Source: Nostoc sp. DedSLP01 (GTDB lineage Bacteria > Cyanobacteriota > Cyanobacteriia > Cyanobacteriales > Nostocaceae). Taken from it: a stretch of 64,000 nucleotides of DNA. Below are positions 41,774 to 50,863 of the stretch, piece by piece. Position numbers and translations under genes: made by a program. The stretch covers positions 64,001 to 128,000 of the forward strand of contig JAVRCJ020000002.1 of NCBI GenBank assembly GCA_034530875.2, given 5' to 3'. How positions within the stretch are numbered: position 1 is the stretch's first letter; every line of letters begins with the position of its first letter. Below the pieces are notes generated by a model. That model made no database searches and was not told where the DNA came from. It was given only the letters and a program-made list of their open reading frames with translations.

Positions 41774-42409
41774 CTATTCTTCTTCCTTCTTGTTTTCAAT
41801 ATTAGTTATTTTGGTATTTTCCATCACAATATAGTTTTCCGGTTTTTTTTGTTCTTCTTTCTTCTCTTGTACAACTTGTGTGGCATATATTTCTACATCT
41901 CGCTGGATAATATCTTCTACTTGACCAGCAAAAAAATTAAATGCCTGTTCGTGACTTGTATAATCACGATAAGGGCCTGTCAATTGGGAAAATTGCCATC
42001 CTTGAGTTTTCAAAGATTCCACCGTGCGGCGATAATGCCGCCAGCGTTCTCCATAATGAAAAAATTCTTCAACGGCAGCGCTAATAGCAACGAATTGGCC
42101 GAGAACAAAAGTAGAAACGTTAATTAAATTTTTAACTTCAATATTAGTTCCAGGAATTTTATTCTTTAAATCAGTATTCAGATTGAGAGTAATCAACGCG
42201 GGCAGAATTACGCCACCGATAATGGTTGATAGCCGCCAAAAATAATAGCGATCGCGGGAAAAATTCGCCTTACCTTCCATCCAAAGTACTTGGTCTAACC
42301 AACGCGATCGTAAAAAATGTCTTTGGACATCTCCTAGCTTCATGCCTTCAAACAATTTGTTAAAATCTTCCTTTAAAAATTCTTGATAACTATTCTTTTT
42401 TGCCATCAT
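41774..42409 (-). CDS. DUF4231/SLATT-family two-TM protein
   Basis: RWLDQ..W, two TM helices, F.Y.ERW..YR.T.E.LK. Confidence 0.85.
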   Translation of the reverse strand: MMAKKNSYQEFLKEDFNKLFEGMKLGDVQRHFLRSRWLDQVLWMEGKANFSRDRYYFWRLSTIIGGVILPALITLNLNTDLKNKIPGTNIEVKNLINVSTFVLGQFVAISAAVEEFFHYGERWRHYRRTVESLKTQGWQFSQLTGPYRDYTSHEQAFNFFAGQVEDIIQRDVEIYATQVVQEKKEEQKKPENYIVMENTKITNIENKKEEE

Positions 42410-43162
42410 TTACTCCTTAGCAGAAAGCAAACCCTTAATTATTTCCCCTAAGTTACCAACTTCTTCCTCTATATCGATTAAATTGATATACAGCAATTTA
42501 CCAGATTTGGCTAATTCTTTAGCGCGATCGTCCGTGGCGTTTCCCACCAAAGCACCAGCGAGTATATCTGCGGTTCTACCACTACCAGCAATTACTACAA
42601 CTAACCTACCAGTATTAACACTAGAAAACGCATCTTTAAAGGTAATTTCGCCACCATTTAAAAGTACTGTTACCGAAGGCGCGCCATTAGCTAATACCGT
42701 CGCCACTTCAGATATCCAAGGAGATTCATCGCCCCAATTACTACCAGGAACTAACACAAAATGAGTATGATTTGGCTCTAACGGCGTCAAATCAGCGTCA
42801 GCTGCTAACTGATTTGGTAAAATCGCTTTCTTTTCAGGTGTCACACCAACCAAAGCAAACTTAGCATCTATTTGGGTACGAGCCGCACCCATTAATCGCA
42901 TGACTCCCGCATCCGTACCCCCATCCACGACATAAGCGCCTAAACTTTCAGCGATGGGGGCTAAAACTTCCACGAATAACCGTTGGATGCGGAGAAAGTC
43001 AGCTTCACTGATATTACTCGCACCCCCCACCACCACTAAAACAGGACGCGAACCGCTAAGTCCTATTTCCTCTAAAGCATTTGGCAAATTTGTTTGTTGA
43101 TTAACTCGAATAGCTAATGCTGTTTGTCCGTTGTCAAAGGTAAGTTCCAAACAATTGTTCAT
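42410..43162 (-). CDS. SLOG-superfamily protein, prokaryotic TRPM N-terminal-like (LSDAT)
   Basis: VVVGGA, VDGGTDAGVM, LEPNHTHFVLV, NGG, VIAGSGRTAD. Confidence 0.85.
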   Translation of the reverse strand: MNNCLELTFDNGQTALAIRVNQQTNLPNALEEIGLSGSRPVLVVVGGASNISEADFLRIQRLFVEVLAPIAESLGAYVVDGGTDAGVMRLMGAARTQIDAKFALVGVTPEKKAILPNQLAADADLTPLEPNHTHFVLVPGSNWGDESPWISEVATVLANGAPSVTVLLNGGEITFKDAFSSVNTGRLVVVIAGSGRTADILAGALVGNATDDRAKELAKSGKLLYINLIDIEEEVGNLGEIIKGLLSAKE

Positions 43163-43256
43163 TTGTCTAAATTACTGACTGCCTAAGTTTTACAGGGTAG
43201 ACCTTTGCAGTCATGTTCGGCAAGCGTTGTATTACGCACACTTGTCGATTAAGCAT

Positions 43257-43417
43257 GTTTCCATAACGTTTTCATCTCGGTTGGAGAAAGTCTGAGATTC
43301 CTTTTGGTTTCCATCGTCTTTGGGGATGAGGTAAGTGGAAAGTTATCTCACTTTTCAAAAAAACTTCAAATGCTTCTGATGTTTCCATGCCCTTTCGAGG
43401 CGATCAATGTAATAAAT
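43257..43417 (-). CRISPR. Degenerate orphan CRISPR-like mini-array (3 repeats; 38-nt and 16-nt spacers)
   Basis: Three units starting GTTTCCAT at 43257, 43307, 43381; two end GAAAG; 36-nt repeat plus 38-nt spacer period; minus strand ends ATGGAAAC after a stem-loop. Confidence 0.6.
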
Positions 43418-43521
43418 CAAATCATAAGTTCATTACAACAATTGCTGCAATGATTTAAGCGTTTTTTATATATGGAATAGCAATTGCTGCAAAGTATTAA
43501 ACATTTTTGCAACTAGTGATA

Positions 43522-43651
43522 TAAGTAGAATGCCGTAAAAAATCAAAGTATGTAACGAAAAGTAAAGTTGCCCAAAAAGCTCTTCCCTCCTGCCTTCTGC
43601 CCTCTGCCTCCTGCCTTGCCATAACGACAATTTTCAACACCAACCTACTTA
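43522..43651. mobile_element. MITE-like element with internal CTGCC[CT] heptamers
   Basis: TAAGTAG...CTACTTA ends. Confidence 0.55.
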
Positions 43652-43834
43652 TTTTCAAGAAAGACTTAAGCCTTTCTTATATATAAAATAGCCTTTGTTG
43701 CAAAGTATTAAGCTTATATCTAAACTATTGACAAACTTTTAAAAGACTGGTCTTATTTAATAAAAATAAGTTGTTTTCCAAATAAAGAAAATGCATCAAC
43801 TCAATAAAATTACCATCAAATCAATAAGATTACT

Positions 43835-44290
43835 ATGTCTATAACATCTACAATTTACAAAATTAACACTCCATCAGTTGCTCATGAAACAATTGATGGT
43901 GAAGTTGTAGTCATTAACCTAAAAACAGGAGAGTATTATAGTTTATTAAAAGTAGCTGCTGAAATTTGGAATCAAATCGAAAAAGGCATCTCTAAACAAA
44001 ACATCATTGCAGAACTCTCTGAACAATATAATAATATCAACCAAGAAATTCAAAATTATGTAGATAATTTTTTTGAAGAACTACAGCAAGAACATCTCAT
44101 TAAGTTAGAAGGAAATAATATAGATATACCAAAAAATTCCAAGGTTTTTTATACACAAATACAAACAGAAACAATTACAGAAAAAATAGAATTTGAACCA
44201 CCAAAATTAAATAAATTTACTGATATGAGAGAATTACTTTTGCTAGATCCCATCCATGAAGTAAATGAAACCGGCTGGCCAAATACTTAG
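43835..44290 (+). CDS. PqqD/RRE-domain protein with C-terminal leader/core-like tail
   Basis: ETIDGEVVVINL.TGEYYSL...AAEIW, F.EEL...LI; tail FEPPKLNKFTDMRELLLLDPIHEVNETGWP. Confidence 0.85.
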   Translation: MSITSTIYKINTPSVAHETIDGEVVVINLKTGEYYSLLKVAAEIWNQIEKGISKQNIIAELSEQYNNINQEIQNYVDNFFEELQQEHLIKLEGNNIDIPKNSKVFYTQIQTETITEKIEFEPPKLNKFTDMRELLLLDPIHEVNETGWPNT

Positions 44291-44413
44291 TAAAATCATG
44301 CAATAGACCTGCCTTGAAAATAGGGACTCTTTACTGGTGACTGGTGACTAGGAAAGAAATATTTTCATTCCTTCGTTGTGAATTGTATTCATGGAGTAAG
44401 AGTGCATAAATAT

Positions 44414-44506
44414 TAGACCTCTTGCAAAAGTCCCTTAATACCCCACCCCCCAGTTCCTCCCCGCAGGCGGGGTGGGGTTCTTTTTTTGATTTCTGCAAGA
44501 AGTCTA
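44414..44506. mobile_element. MITE-like element
   Basis: TIRs TAGACCTCTTGCA / TGCAAGAAGTCTA. Confidence 0.7.
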
Positions 44507-44642
44507 ATGACTTTTTTCAGCCTAAAGGTATGAATAATCTTCTCTCAGCCTTGATAAAAAACCTCTATATTATTTATGTTCAAATTTAGCAATACTGAAA
44601 TAATGTATTAAACCTTCTAATTTCAAAGGGAAATATTCAAGA

Positions 44643-45326
44643 ATGAATCAAGGATTGGTTAGTGTTATTATTGCTATAAAAAATGGAGAACGGTACTTAG
44701 CAGCAGCTATTGACAGTGTTATAGCTCAAACTTATAAATGCTATGAAATTATCGTGATTGATGGCAACTCTACAGATAATACTGAAAAAATTGCTAAATC
44801 TTATAAGCAAGTTCGCTACGTATCTCAGCCTAGTCAAGGGATTGCTAATGCTTATAACTTAGGAATCGATCTAGCTCAAGGAGAGTTCATTTCCTTTATT
44901 TCCCATGACGATCTGTGGACACCCGATAAATTAACTATTCAAGTAAATTATTTACTAGATCGTCCAGAAATTCAATACACGATCGCTAGAGTCAAATTTT
45001 TTCTTGAGGAAGGATTTTCTATTCCACCTGGATTTAGACCAGAGTTGTTAATAGGCGATCGTATTGCCTATATTATGGAAACTTTGGTCGTGCGAAAAAC
45101 TATATTTGCTCAAATCGGTATGTTAAATCCTGAACTTAGTGTAGCAGAAGATGTTGATTGGTTTGCTAGAGCTAGCGATCGTCAGGTTTTACACATGGCA
45201 ATTCAGAAAGTTTTACTTTATAAACGCGTTCATGATAGCAATCTTTCATTAACATCATCAATTAATAATCAGAATCTACTAAGTATACTTAGACAATCAA
45301 TTAAACGTAAACGTAATTTAATATAG
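44643..45326 (+). CDS. Glycosyltransferase family 2
   Basis: VSVII, IDGNSTD, SHDD, EDVDW. Confidence 0.92.
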   Translation: MNQGLVSVIIAIKNGERYLAAAIDSVIAQTYKCYEIIVIDGNSTDNTEKIAKSYKQVRYVSQPSQGIANAYNLGIDLAQGEFISFISHDDLWTPDKLTIQVNYLLDRPEIQYTIARVKFFLEEGFSIPPGFRPELLIGDRIAYIMETLVVRKTIFAQIGMLNPELSVAEDVDWFARASDRQVLHMAIQKVLLYKRVHDSNLSLTSSINNQNLLSILRQSIKRKRNLI

Positions 45327-45337
45327 GAAAAATATGG

Positions 45338-46048
45338 ATGGCAAATAATCCATTGGTTAGCGTAATCATTCCAGTGTATAACTGTAATCAATATCTCGCC
45401 CAAGCAATTGAAAGTGTATTATCACAAACCTATCAGCCAATTGAAATTATCGTCGTTGATGATGGTTCAACTGATAATAGTGCTGAAGTTGCAAAGCATT
45501 ATGCTCCACTAATTCGCTACTGTTTCCAATCTAACGCTGGTAGTGGTGCTGCCCGAAATCGTGGCATAGAATTAGCCCAAGGAGAATTCTTTGCTTTTCT
45601 CGATGCAGATGACCTTTGGGTGAAAGATAAATTGATGCATCAAATGGCAGCTTTTAATAATAATAGTGAACTTCATATTGTATTCGGACAAGTCAAACAG
45701 TTTCATAGCCCAGAATTAGATGAGGCTTTTAAAGCCAAAATACACTGTCCTGCTGAATTAATGCCAGGAACTATACCCTCAGCACTACTGATGAAGCGGG
45801 AGGCTTTTTTCCATGTAGGTCGATTTGAAGTTAATTGGCAAGTAGTAGAATTTGCTAGTTGGTATATGCGTGCAAATGAATTAAATATGAATATGCTGAT
45901 TCTGCCAGAATTAGTCACACTCCGACGTTTACACACAACAAATAAAGGGGTTAGCCAACAACGTCAAGAAATTACAGAATATGCGCATATTTTGAAAGCT
46001 TCCCTTGACAGACGTCGGATAGCTAGCGAAAGAAAAGTAGAGGTTTAA
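45338..46048 (+). CDS. Glycosyltransferase family 2
   Basis: VSVIIPVYN, DDGSTD, ARN.G, FLDADD. Confidence 0.93.
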   Translation: MANNPLVSVIIPVYNCNQYLAQAIESVLSQTYQPIEIIVVDDGSTDNSAEVAKHYAPLIRYCFQSNAGSGAARNRGIELAQGEFFAFLDADDLWVKDKLMHQMAAFNNNSELHIVFGQVKQFHSPELDEAFKAKIHCPAELMPGTIPSALLMKREAFFHVGRFEVNWQVVEFASWYMRANELNMNMLILPELVTLRRLHTTNKGVSQQRQEITEYAHILKASLDRRRIASERKVEV

Positions 46049-46300
46049 TATATTCAAATAAAATCTGGATTATTCGAATAATATTGAGGATTTGACTACA
46101 AAAGTCAAGATTAAATTGGAAAAATGAGCAAAATTATAGAAGAAAAAATTTAATTTATGTATTAAGTCTAAAAAAAGACTGAAAATAAATTTTATAAATG
46201 AAAAATTGAATAAGAATTAATGTTTTTTATAACTAAATAAGAATTATTACTAATCACATATAAAATCAAATTCCATGATAAATAAAGTGAATTAAAACAC

Positions 46301-47185
46301 ATGAAATCTGAGAAAAAACCTAACTTAGATTTACCAACTCCTCAGCAAAAATTACTTTTGCAAGCCTCTCTTCTTCATGGTCAAAATGCGCTGAATGCTT
46401 GGCAATCGTGGAGTGAAATTGTTGATATTGAAAAGTTAGATTCAGAATCATATAATTTGTTGTGTTTACTTTATCGGAATTTGTCTGTACACAAAATACA
46501 ACACTCAAAAATAACAATAATTAAAGGTATTTACCGCCGTACATGGTATGCTAACCAACTCCTATTTAGCAAAATTCAACCTATTTTACAGACTTTTTAT
46601 GAGACTGGAATTAAAATACTGATGCTTGCAGATATTGCTTTGATTAGCAATTATTACCAAGATTACGGTCACCGACCAGTGTATGCCATAGATTTGTTTA
46701 TACCTTCATTAGATATTGATAAAGCAATTAAGCTGTTGGCAAATTTAGGCTGGAAAAAAGTCACATCAGAAAAACTTGATTTTGAATTGCAGGATGAATT
46801 CCCACAATTACTTTTTATTCCCCGTGGTATCTTCTGGGCTGAACCTCAAGAAAAGACCGATAATCAACTTTGGAATTATGCAATTTCCTGCAAAATTAGT
46901 AATATTTCTACTCTAGCTCTGAGCCATACCGATCAATTATTATATATCTGCTTACGGGCGTTTCCAACGAATCAGTTGCAAGAAATTCGTTGGCTAGCTG
47001 ATGCTATGATTATTCTTCAAGCTTATGGAAATGAAATTGATTGGAGCAGATTAGTTACCCAAGCACAAAGGTATCAGTTAGTTTTACCATTAAAAAATAT
47101 GCTGACTATCCTAGAAGAAATTTTTAATTTTTTAATACCTAACTGGGTTTTAGCAAGTTTAAATAAAACGCCAAATTGTCCTTGA
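46301..47185 (+). CDS. Nucleotidyltransferase-family protein (NTP_transf_5-like) with degenerate active-site motifs
   Basis: LYRNL, KGIYRRTWYANQ, YY.D.G.RP...IDL, IRWLAD, IDW..L. Confidence 0.75.
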   Translation: MKSEKKPNLDLPTPQQKLLLQASLLHGQNALNAWQSWSEIVDIEKLDSESYNLLCLLYRNLSVHKIQHSKITIIKGIYRRTWYANQLLFSKIQPILQTFYETGIKILMLADIALISNYYQDYGHRPVYAIDLFIPSLDIDKAIKLLANLGWKKVTSEKLDFELQDEFPQLLFIPRGIFWAEPQEKTDNQLWNYAISCKISNISTLALSHTDQLLYICLRAFPTNQLQEIRWLADAMIILQAYGNEIDWSRLVTQAQRYQLVLPLKNMLTILEEIFNFLIPNWVLASLNKTPNCP

Positions 47186-47299
47186 AATTTGTTATTAAAT
47201 CAAATTAAACCTGAAAAAAGTCTAATTATTCAAATTTCCTTAATAAAAACCCAAATAAAGTTAAATTAATTTCTAATTAATACCAACCAAGGTTAACTA

Positions 47300-48718
47300 A
47301 TGAATCAAGAATCATTTGACAATACAAATTTAGCAGAAGCTAAATGTAAATTGGCTAATATATGGCAAGTGAAGGGGAGAATAGAATTAGCAACTGCTGG
47401 TTATCAAGAAGCTTTACGATTACAACCAGACTATATACCAGCGTATGAATCTTTGGCTAATTTAAGCATCCATCAAAACCGAATGAATGAAGCAATTCAA
47501 TATTATGAAAAAGCTTTATCTATAAATTTTGAGGCTACAGATTTATCTGTTTATTATATATATCTTGGATTATCATTAAAAATAATTAGACAGGAAGATA
47601 TAGAAATCTACAATTCAGATTTTTTGCAAGCTTACTATATCAAGGATAATCCAAATGGAAAAATAAATTTATCTAGCCAGAAGGAATTTGATTTTCATAG
47701 AAGTGGTTGGAATTTTGCACTCAATGCTTTAAAACCTTTGCATAATAGTCAAGGTATTTTGTTTGATGGATTTATTGAGAATAATTTTGTCTGGGATTAC
47801 GGAATTGCTAATGAAATATCTCCTTTAATTGTGGAAAAAATGAAACGAGATGGAGTATTTAATATCCTGAAAAATAAGTTTGCATTAGAAAAAAAACTAA
47901 TTGTACCTTATACCCAACCTTGGGCAGGTTTCATTCATAATCCACAAGAAATGCCAACTTGGCTTTATTATGAATCTTCTCCTCAAAAACTTTTTACTAA
48001 AGATATATGGAAGAAAAGTTTATATTCTTGCATTGGTCTATTTGCATTTTCAGAATACCATGCTCAATGGTTACGAGAACAAACAGGAAAAATAGTTTCT
48101 ACTTTAATCCATCCAACAGAAATACCAGAAATACAATTCAATTTTCATAAATTTTTAGAGAATCCTGAGAAAAAAGTTGTGCAGATTGGTTGGTGGTTAA
48201 GAAAGCTAAGTGCAATTTATCAGTTACCTATTGCTAAAAATAATGTCTTAAACTTTGAAAAACTAAGATTAATTCCTATGTATTGTGACAATGCAGATGA
48301 ACAGCAAGAAGAAATCATCGCCAAGGAAATTAAGATTAATAATTTAAAAATTGAACCTGCTTTTTCAAGTAATACTAAAGAAATAAAGCATATATCAAAT
48401 ACTGAATACGATATACTCTTGTCAGAAAATATAGCGTTTATGGAATTATATGACTCTAGTGTAAATAACGCAGTTATTGAATGTATTGCTAGAGGAACTC
48501 CACTTTTAATTAATCCTTTACCCGCAGTAGTAGAATATCTTGGGAAAGATTATCCTATGTACTTTACTAGTTTATCAGAAGCTGCAAAAAAAGCTGTGGA
48601 TACTTCATTGATTTTAGATACTCATAATTATTTAATAAATTGTGAAACCAGAAATAAGTTATCTCAAGAGTATTTTTTGAAAAGCTTTGAGGAAAGTGAA
48701 GTCTATCAATTAATTTAA
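47300..48718 (+). CDS. TPR-containing protein with glycosyltransferase-like (GT-B) C-terminal domain
   Basis: N-terminal TPRs; NNAVIECIARGTPLLIN..PAVVEYLG. Confidence 0.7.
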   Translation: MNQESFDNTNLAEAKCKLANIWQVKGRIELATAGYQEALRLQPDYIPAYESLANLSIHQNRMNEAIQYYEKALSINFEATDLSVYYIYLGLSLKIIRQEDIEIYNSDFLQAYYIKDNPNGKINLSSQKEFDFHRSGWNFALNALKPLHNSQGILFDGFIENNFVWDYGIANEISPLIVEKMKRDGVFNILKNKFALEKKLIVPYTQPWAGFIHNPQEMPTWLYYESSPQKLFTKDIWKKSLYSCIGLFAFSEYHAQWLREQTGKIVSTLIHPTEIPEIQFNFHKFLENPEKKVVQIGWWLRKLSAIYQLPIAKNNVLNFEKLRLIPMYCDNADEQQEEIIAKEIKINNLKIEPAFSSNTKEIKHISNTEYDILLSENIAFMELYDSSVNNAVIECIARGTPLLINPLPAVVEYLGKDYPMYFTSLSEAAKKAVDTSLILDTHNYLINCETRNKLSQEYFLKSFEESEVYQLI

Positions 48719-48784
48719 GTACCAGACCAAACCCATCTAAATGATTTACTACTTGTTTAATTCCGAAAATGACAAAATAGGGAT

Positions 48785-49540
48785 ATGCTCAAAGTCACAT
48801 TATCAATTAGTGTTATTCTTCCGGTTTATAACGGAGAGAGGTTTTTAGTGCAGGCGATTGAGAATATTCAAGGGCAAAATTATCAGCCCCTGGAAATTAT
48901 TGTTGTCGATGATGGTTCTACCGATCGCACCGCCGAAATTGCCAAAGAATTTGAGGACAACATTCACTATATCTATCAACCCAATCAAGGCCCTTCCTCT
49001 GCTCGCAATCGCGGAATCAAAAGCGCGCGAGGAGAAGCGATCGCTTTTCTCGATGTTGACGATCTATGGGAAGAGGGAGTATTGGCCGAATTCGCTGATT
49101 ATTTAGTAGCTAATCCCGAAGTGGATATCGTTCAGGGATTAATTCAGCAAATGCAGATAGAGAATCTTCCCTCGGAAAATGATTCTTACCAATTCAAACC
49201 TGTCTTTCAACCTTATCAGTTTATTAATCTGGGGAGTGCTATCTACCGTCGATCGGTGTTCGATCGAGTGGGTTTACTCGACCCCAAGCTACATGATAAT
49301 GAAGATACCGATTGGTTTATGCGCGCTTGGGAAAACGATATTTGTAAAGTTGTTATACCTAAACTTATGTTGTATTACCGAAAACACGATCGCAATATGA
49401 CCCTACACCAAAAAGATTTAGTACATTTCGGAATGCTCAAAATCTACAAGCGTCGCATCGATCGTATGCGGGCGCAGGGGAAAGAAAAACATACTTCCTC
49501 CGTATCCTGGTATAGCTATTATGGTAAAACGCCGGAGTGA
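48785..49540 (+). CDS. Glycosyltransferase family 2
   Basis: SVILPVYNG, DDGSTD, FLDVDD, EDTDW. Confidence 0.93.
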   Translation: MLKVTLSISVILPVYNGERFLVQAIENIQGQNYQPLEIIVVDDGSTDRTAEIAKEFEDNIHYIYQPNQGPSSARNRGIKSARGEAIAFLDVDDLWEEGVLAEFADYLVANPEVDIVQGLIQQMQIENLPSENDSYQFKPVFQPYQFINLGSAIYRRSVFDRVGLLDPKLHDNEDTDWFMRAWENDICKVVIPKLMLYYRKHDRNMTLHQKDLVHFGMLKIYKRRIDRMRAQGKEKHTSSVSWYSYYGKTPE

Positions 49541-49694
49541 ATTTAATTGTTTGCGTAAGTCCTGAGTTAGAAAAGCAGCAATACTACCTTCCAAAGAAGC
49601 ATGTCTAGCTCTCAGCAGTGCTGAGTCTAAACTCCAGTTAATTACTCAGTATATAGAAGTGTTAAGGAGAAAAGGCGATGAAGCTGATTCTATC

Positions 49695-50519
49695 TTATCT
49701 AGGCAAGCGGTCAAAATCTTGCGGATTTATTTTATCAACATATTTTGAAATAATATCTCCAATCCTGTTTTCAAATTTTATGCCAGAATCCGAAGTGAAA
49801 CTTTGCGGCTCCCACCATACGTAGTTATCAGACGGAAAAGGGAGTGGGTAATAGTCGATTTCTTTCTGATAAATCTCTACTGGGTAAAAGTCAGACATCA
49901 CAATTTGTCCTGGAAAAAAAGTGTTAAGCGTGACTATTTTGTAGGTTAGTTGAGGAAAGACACATTTGATGACCTGATTCAAGCGACTTGGATATGTATT
50001 GTGTTCACAGACAAACAAAATATTATCGTCTGCAATATACCGATAGAAATTAGCAATACGCGCCCTATATAGCTCTATTAATTTGGCAAAATTGTTGGCT
50101 GCGTATAGCTCGTGTTTGCCATCTATTGATTCGTGACGAAACCTCACATTGTATTTAGTATGCTCAATGTAATTATCCTCGGTCACTATCAGGAAATCAG
50201 AGTTACAATAATCCTTAAAGCTTGACTTAATAATTTCACACAGACCATCATAATGATGCAAAGATAAATCAAAAGGTAATGTCAGTTCCCCTTGAGCTTT
50301 TGTCTGTTTATATCCTTGGCGTGTAAGTATGGTGCGTGGAAGACAGCTATATCCTAAAGAAATTATATGGTTATAATTTACTTGTCTCACTATTGCTCTG
50401 TGTGAATATATTAGTGATTTTTTGAACGGCAGGTAATTATCAGTATTTAATTTAAACCTGTACTTATAAAAAGCAGCATAACTTCCTGGAATATTACAAC
50501 AATTTCGCACTTTGGGCAA
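49695..50519 (-). CDS. DUF1796-like putative papain-like cysteine peptidase (start uncertain)
   Basis: IISLG.SC, PFD, F.HE, Y..RI.NF. Confidence 0.7.
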   Translation of the reverse strand: MPKVRNCCNIPGSYAAFYKYRFKLNTDNYLPFKKSLIYSHRAIVRQVNYNHIISLGYSCLPRTILTRQGYKQTKAQGELTLPFDLSLHHYDGLCEIIKSSFKDYCNSDFLIVTEDNYIEHTKYNVRFRHESIDGKHELYAANNFAKLIELYRARIANFYRYIADDNILFVCEHNTYPSRLNQVIKCVFPQLTYKIVTLNTFFPGQIVMSDFYPVEIYQKEIDYYPLPFPSDNYVWWEPQSFTSDSGIKFENRIGDIISKYVDKINPQDFDRLPR

Positions 50520-50863
50520 GTTGGAACTGCCAGTACCAGAAATTCCAAATTCAAAAATTTAAAAGGATGTTTGAAAAGTAGTTAAAAGCGAATGAATATG
50601 GCATTAGCTACATATTCAATTGTCCATTTTTATTTCGGCGACTAAATTTGCTACTTTAGCGTTAGCTCGTTTGTCTGTACACCTATGCAAGCGGGGAGGC
50701 GAAGTCCATTGCAAATTGGTATTATGCCCCTACCGATGTACTTCATGTACCTGAAAAATGCTGTATATCTGGTATCTAGGCACAAAGCCTATTTTAATTC
50801 TGAATTTTGATTGCGACTCTCAAAACTGGGTGATTTGAAATTTTTAATCGGGGCAAAATTACC

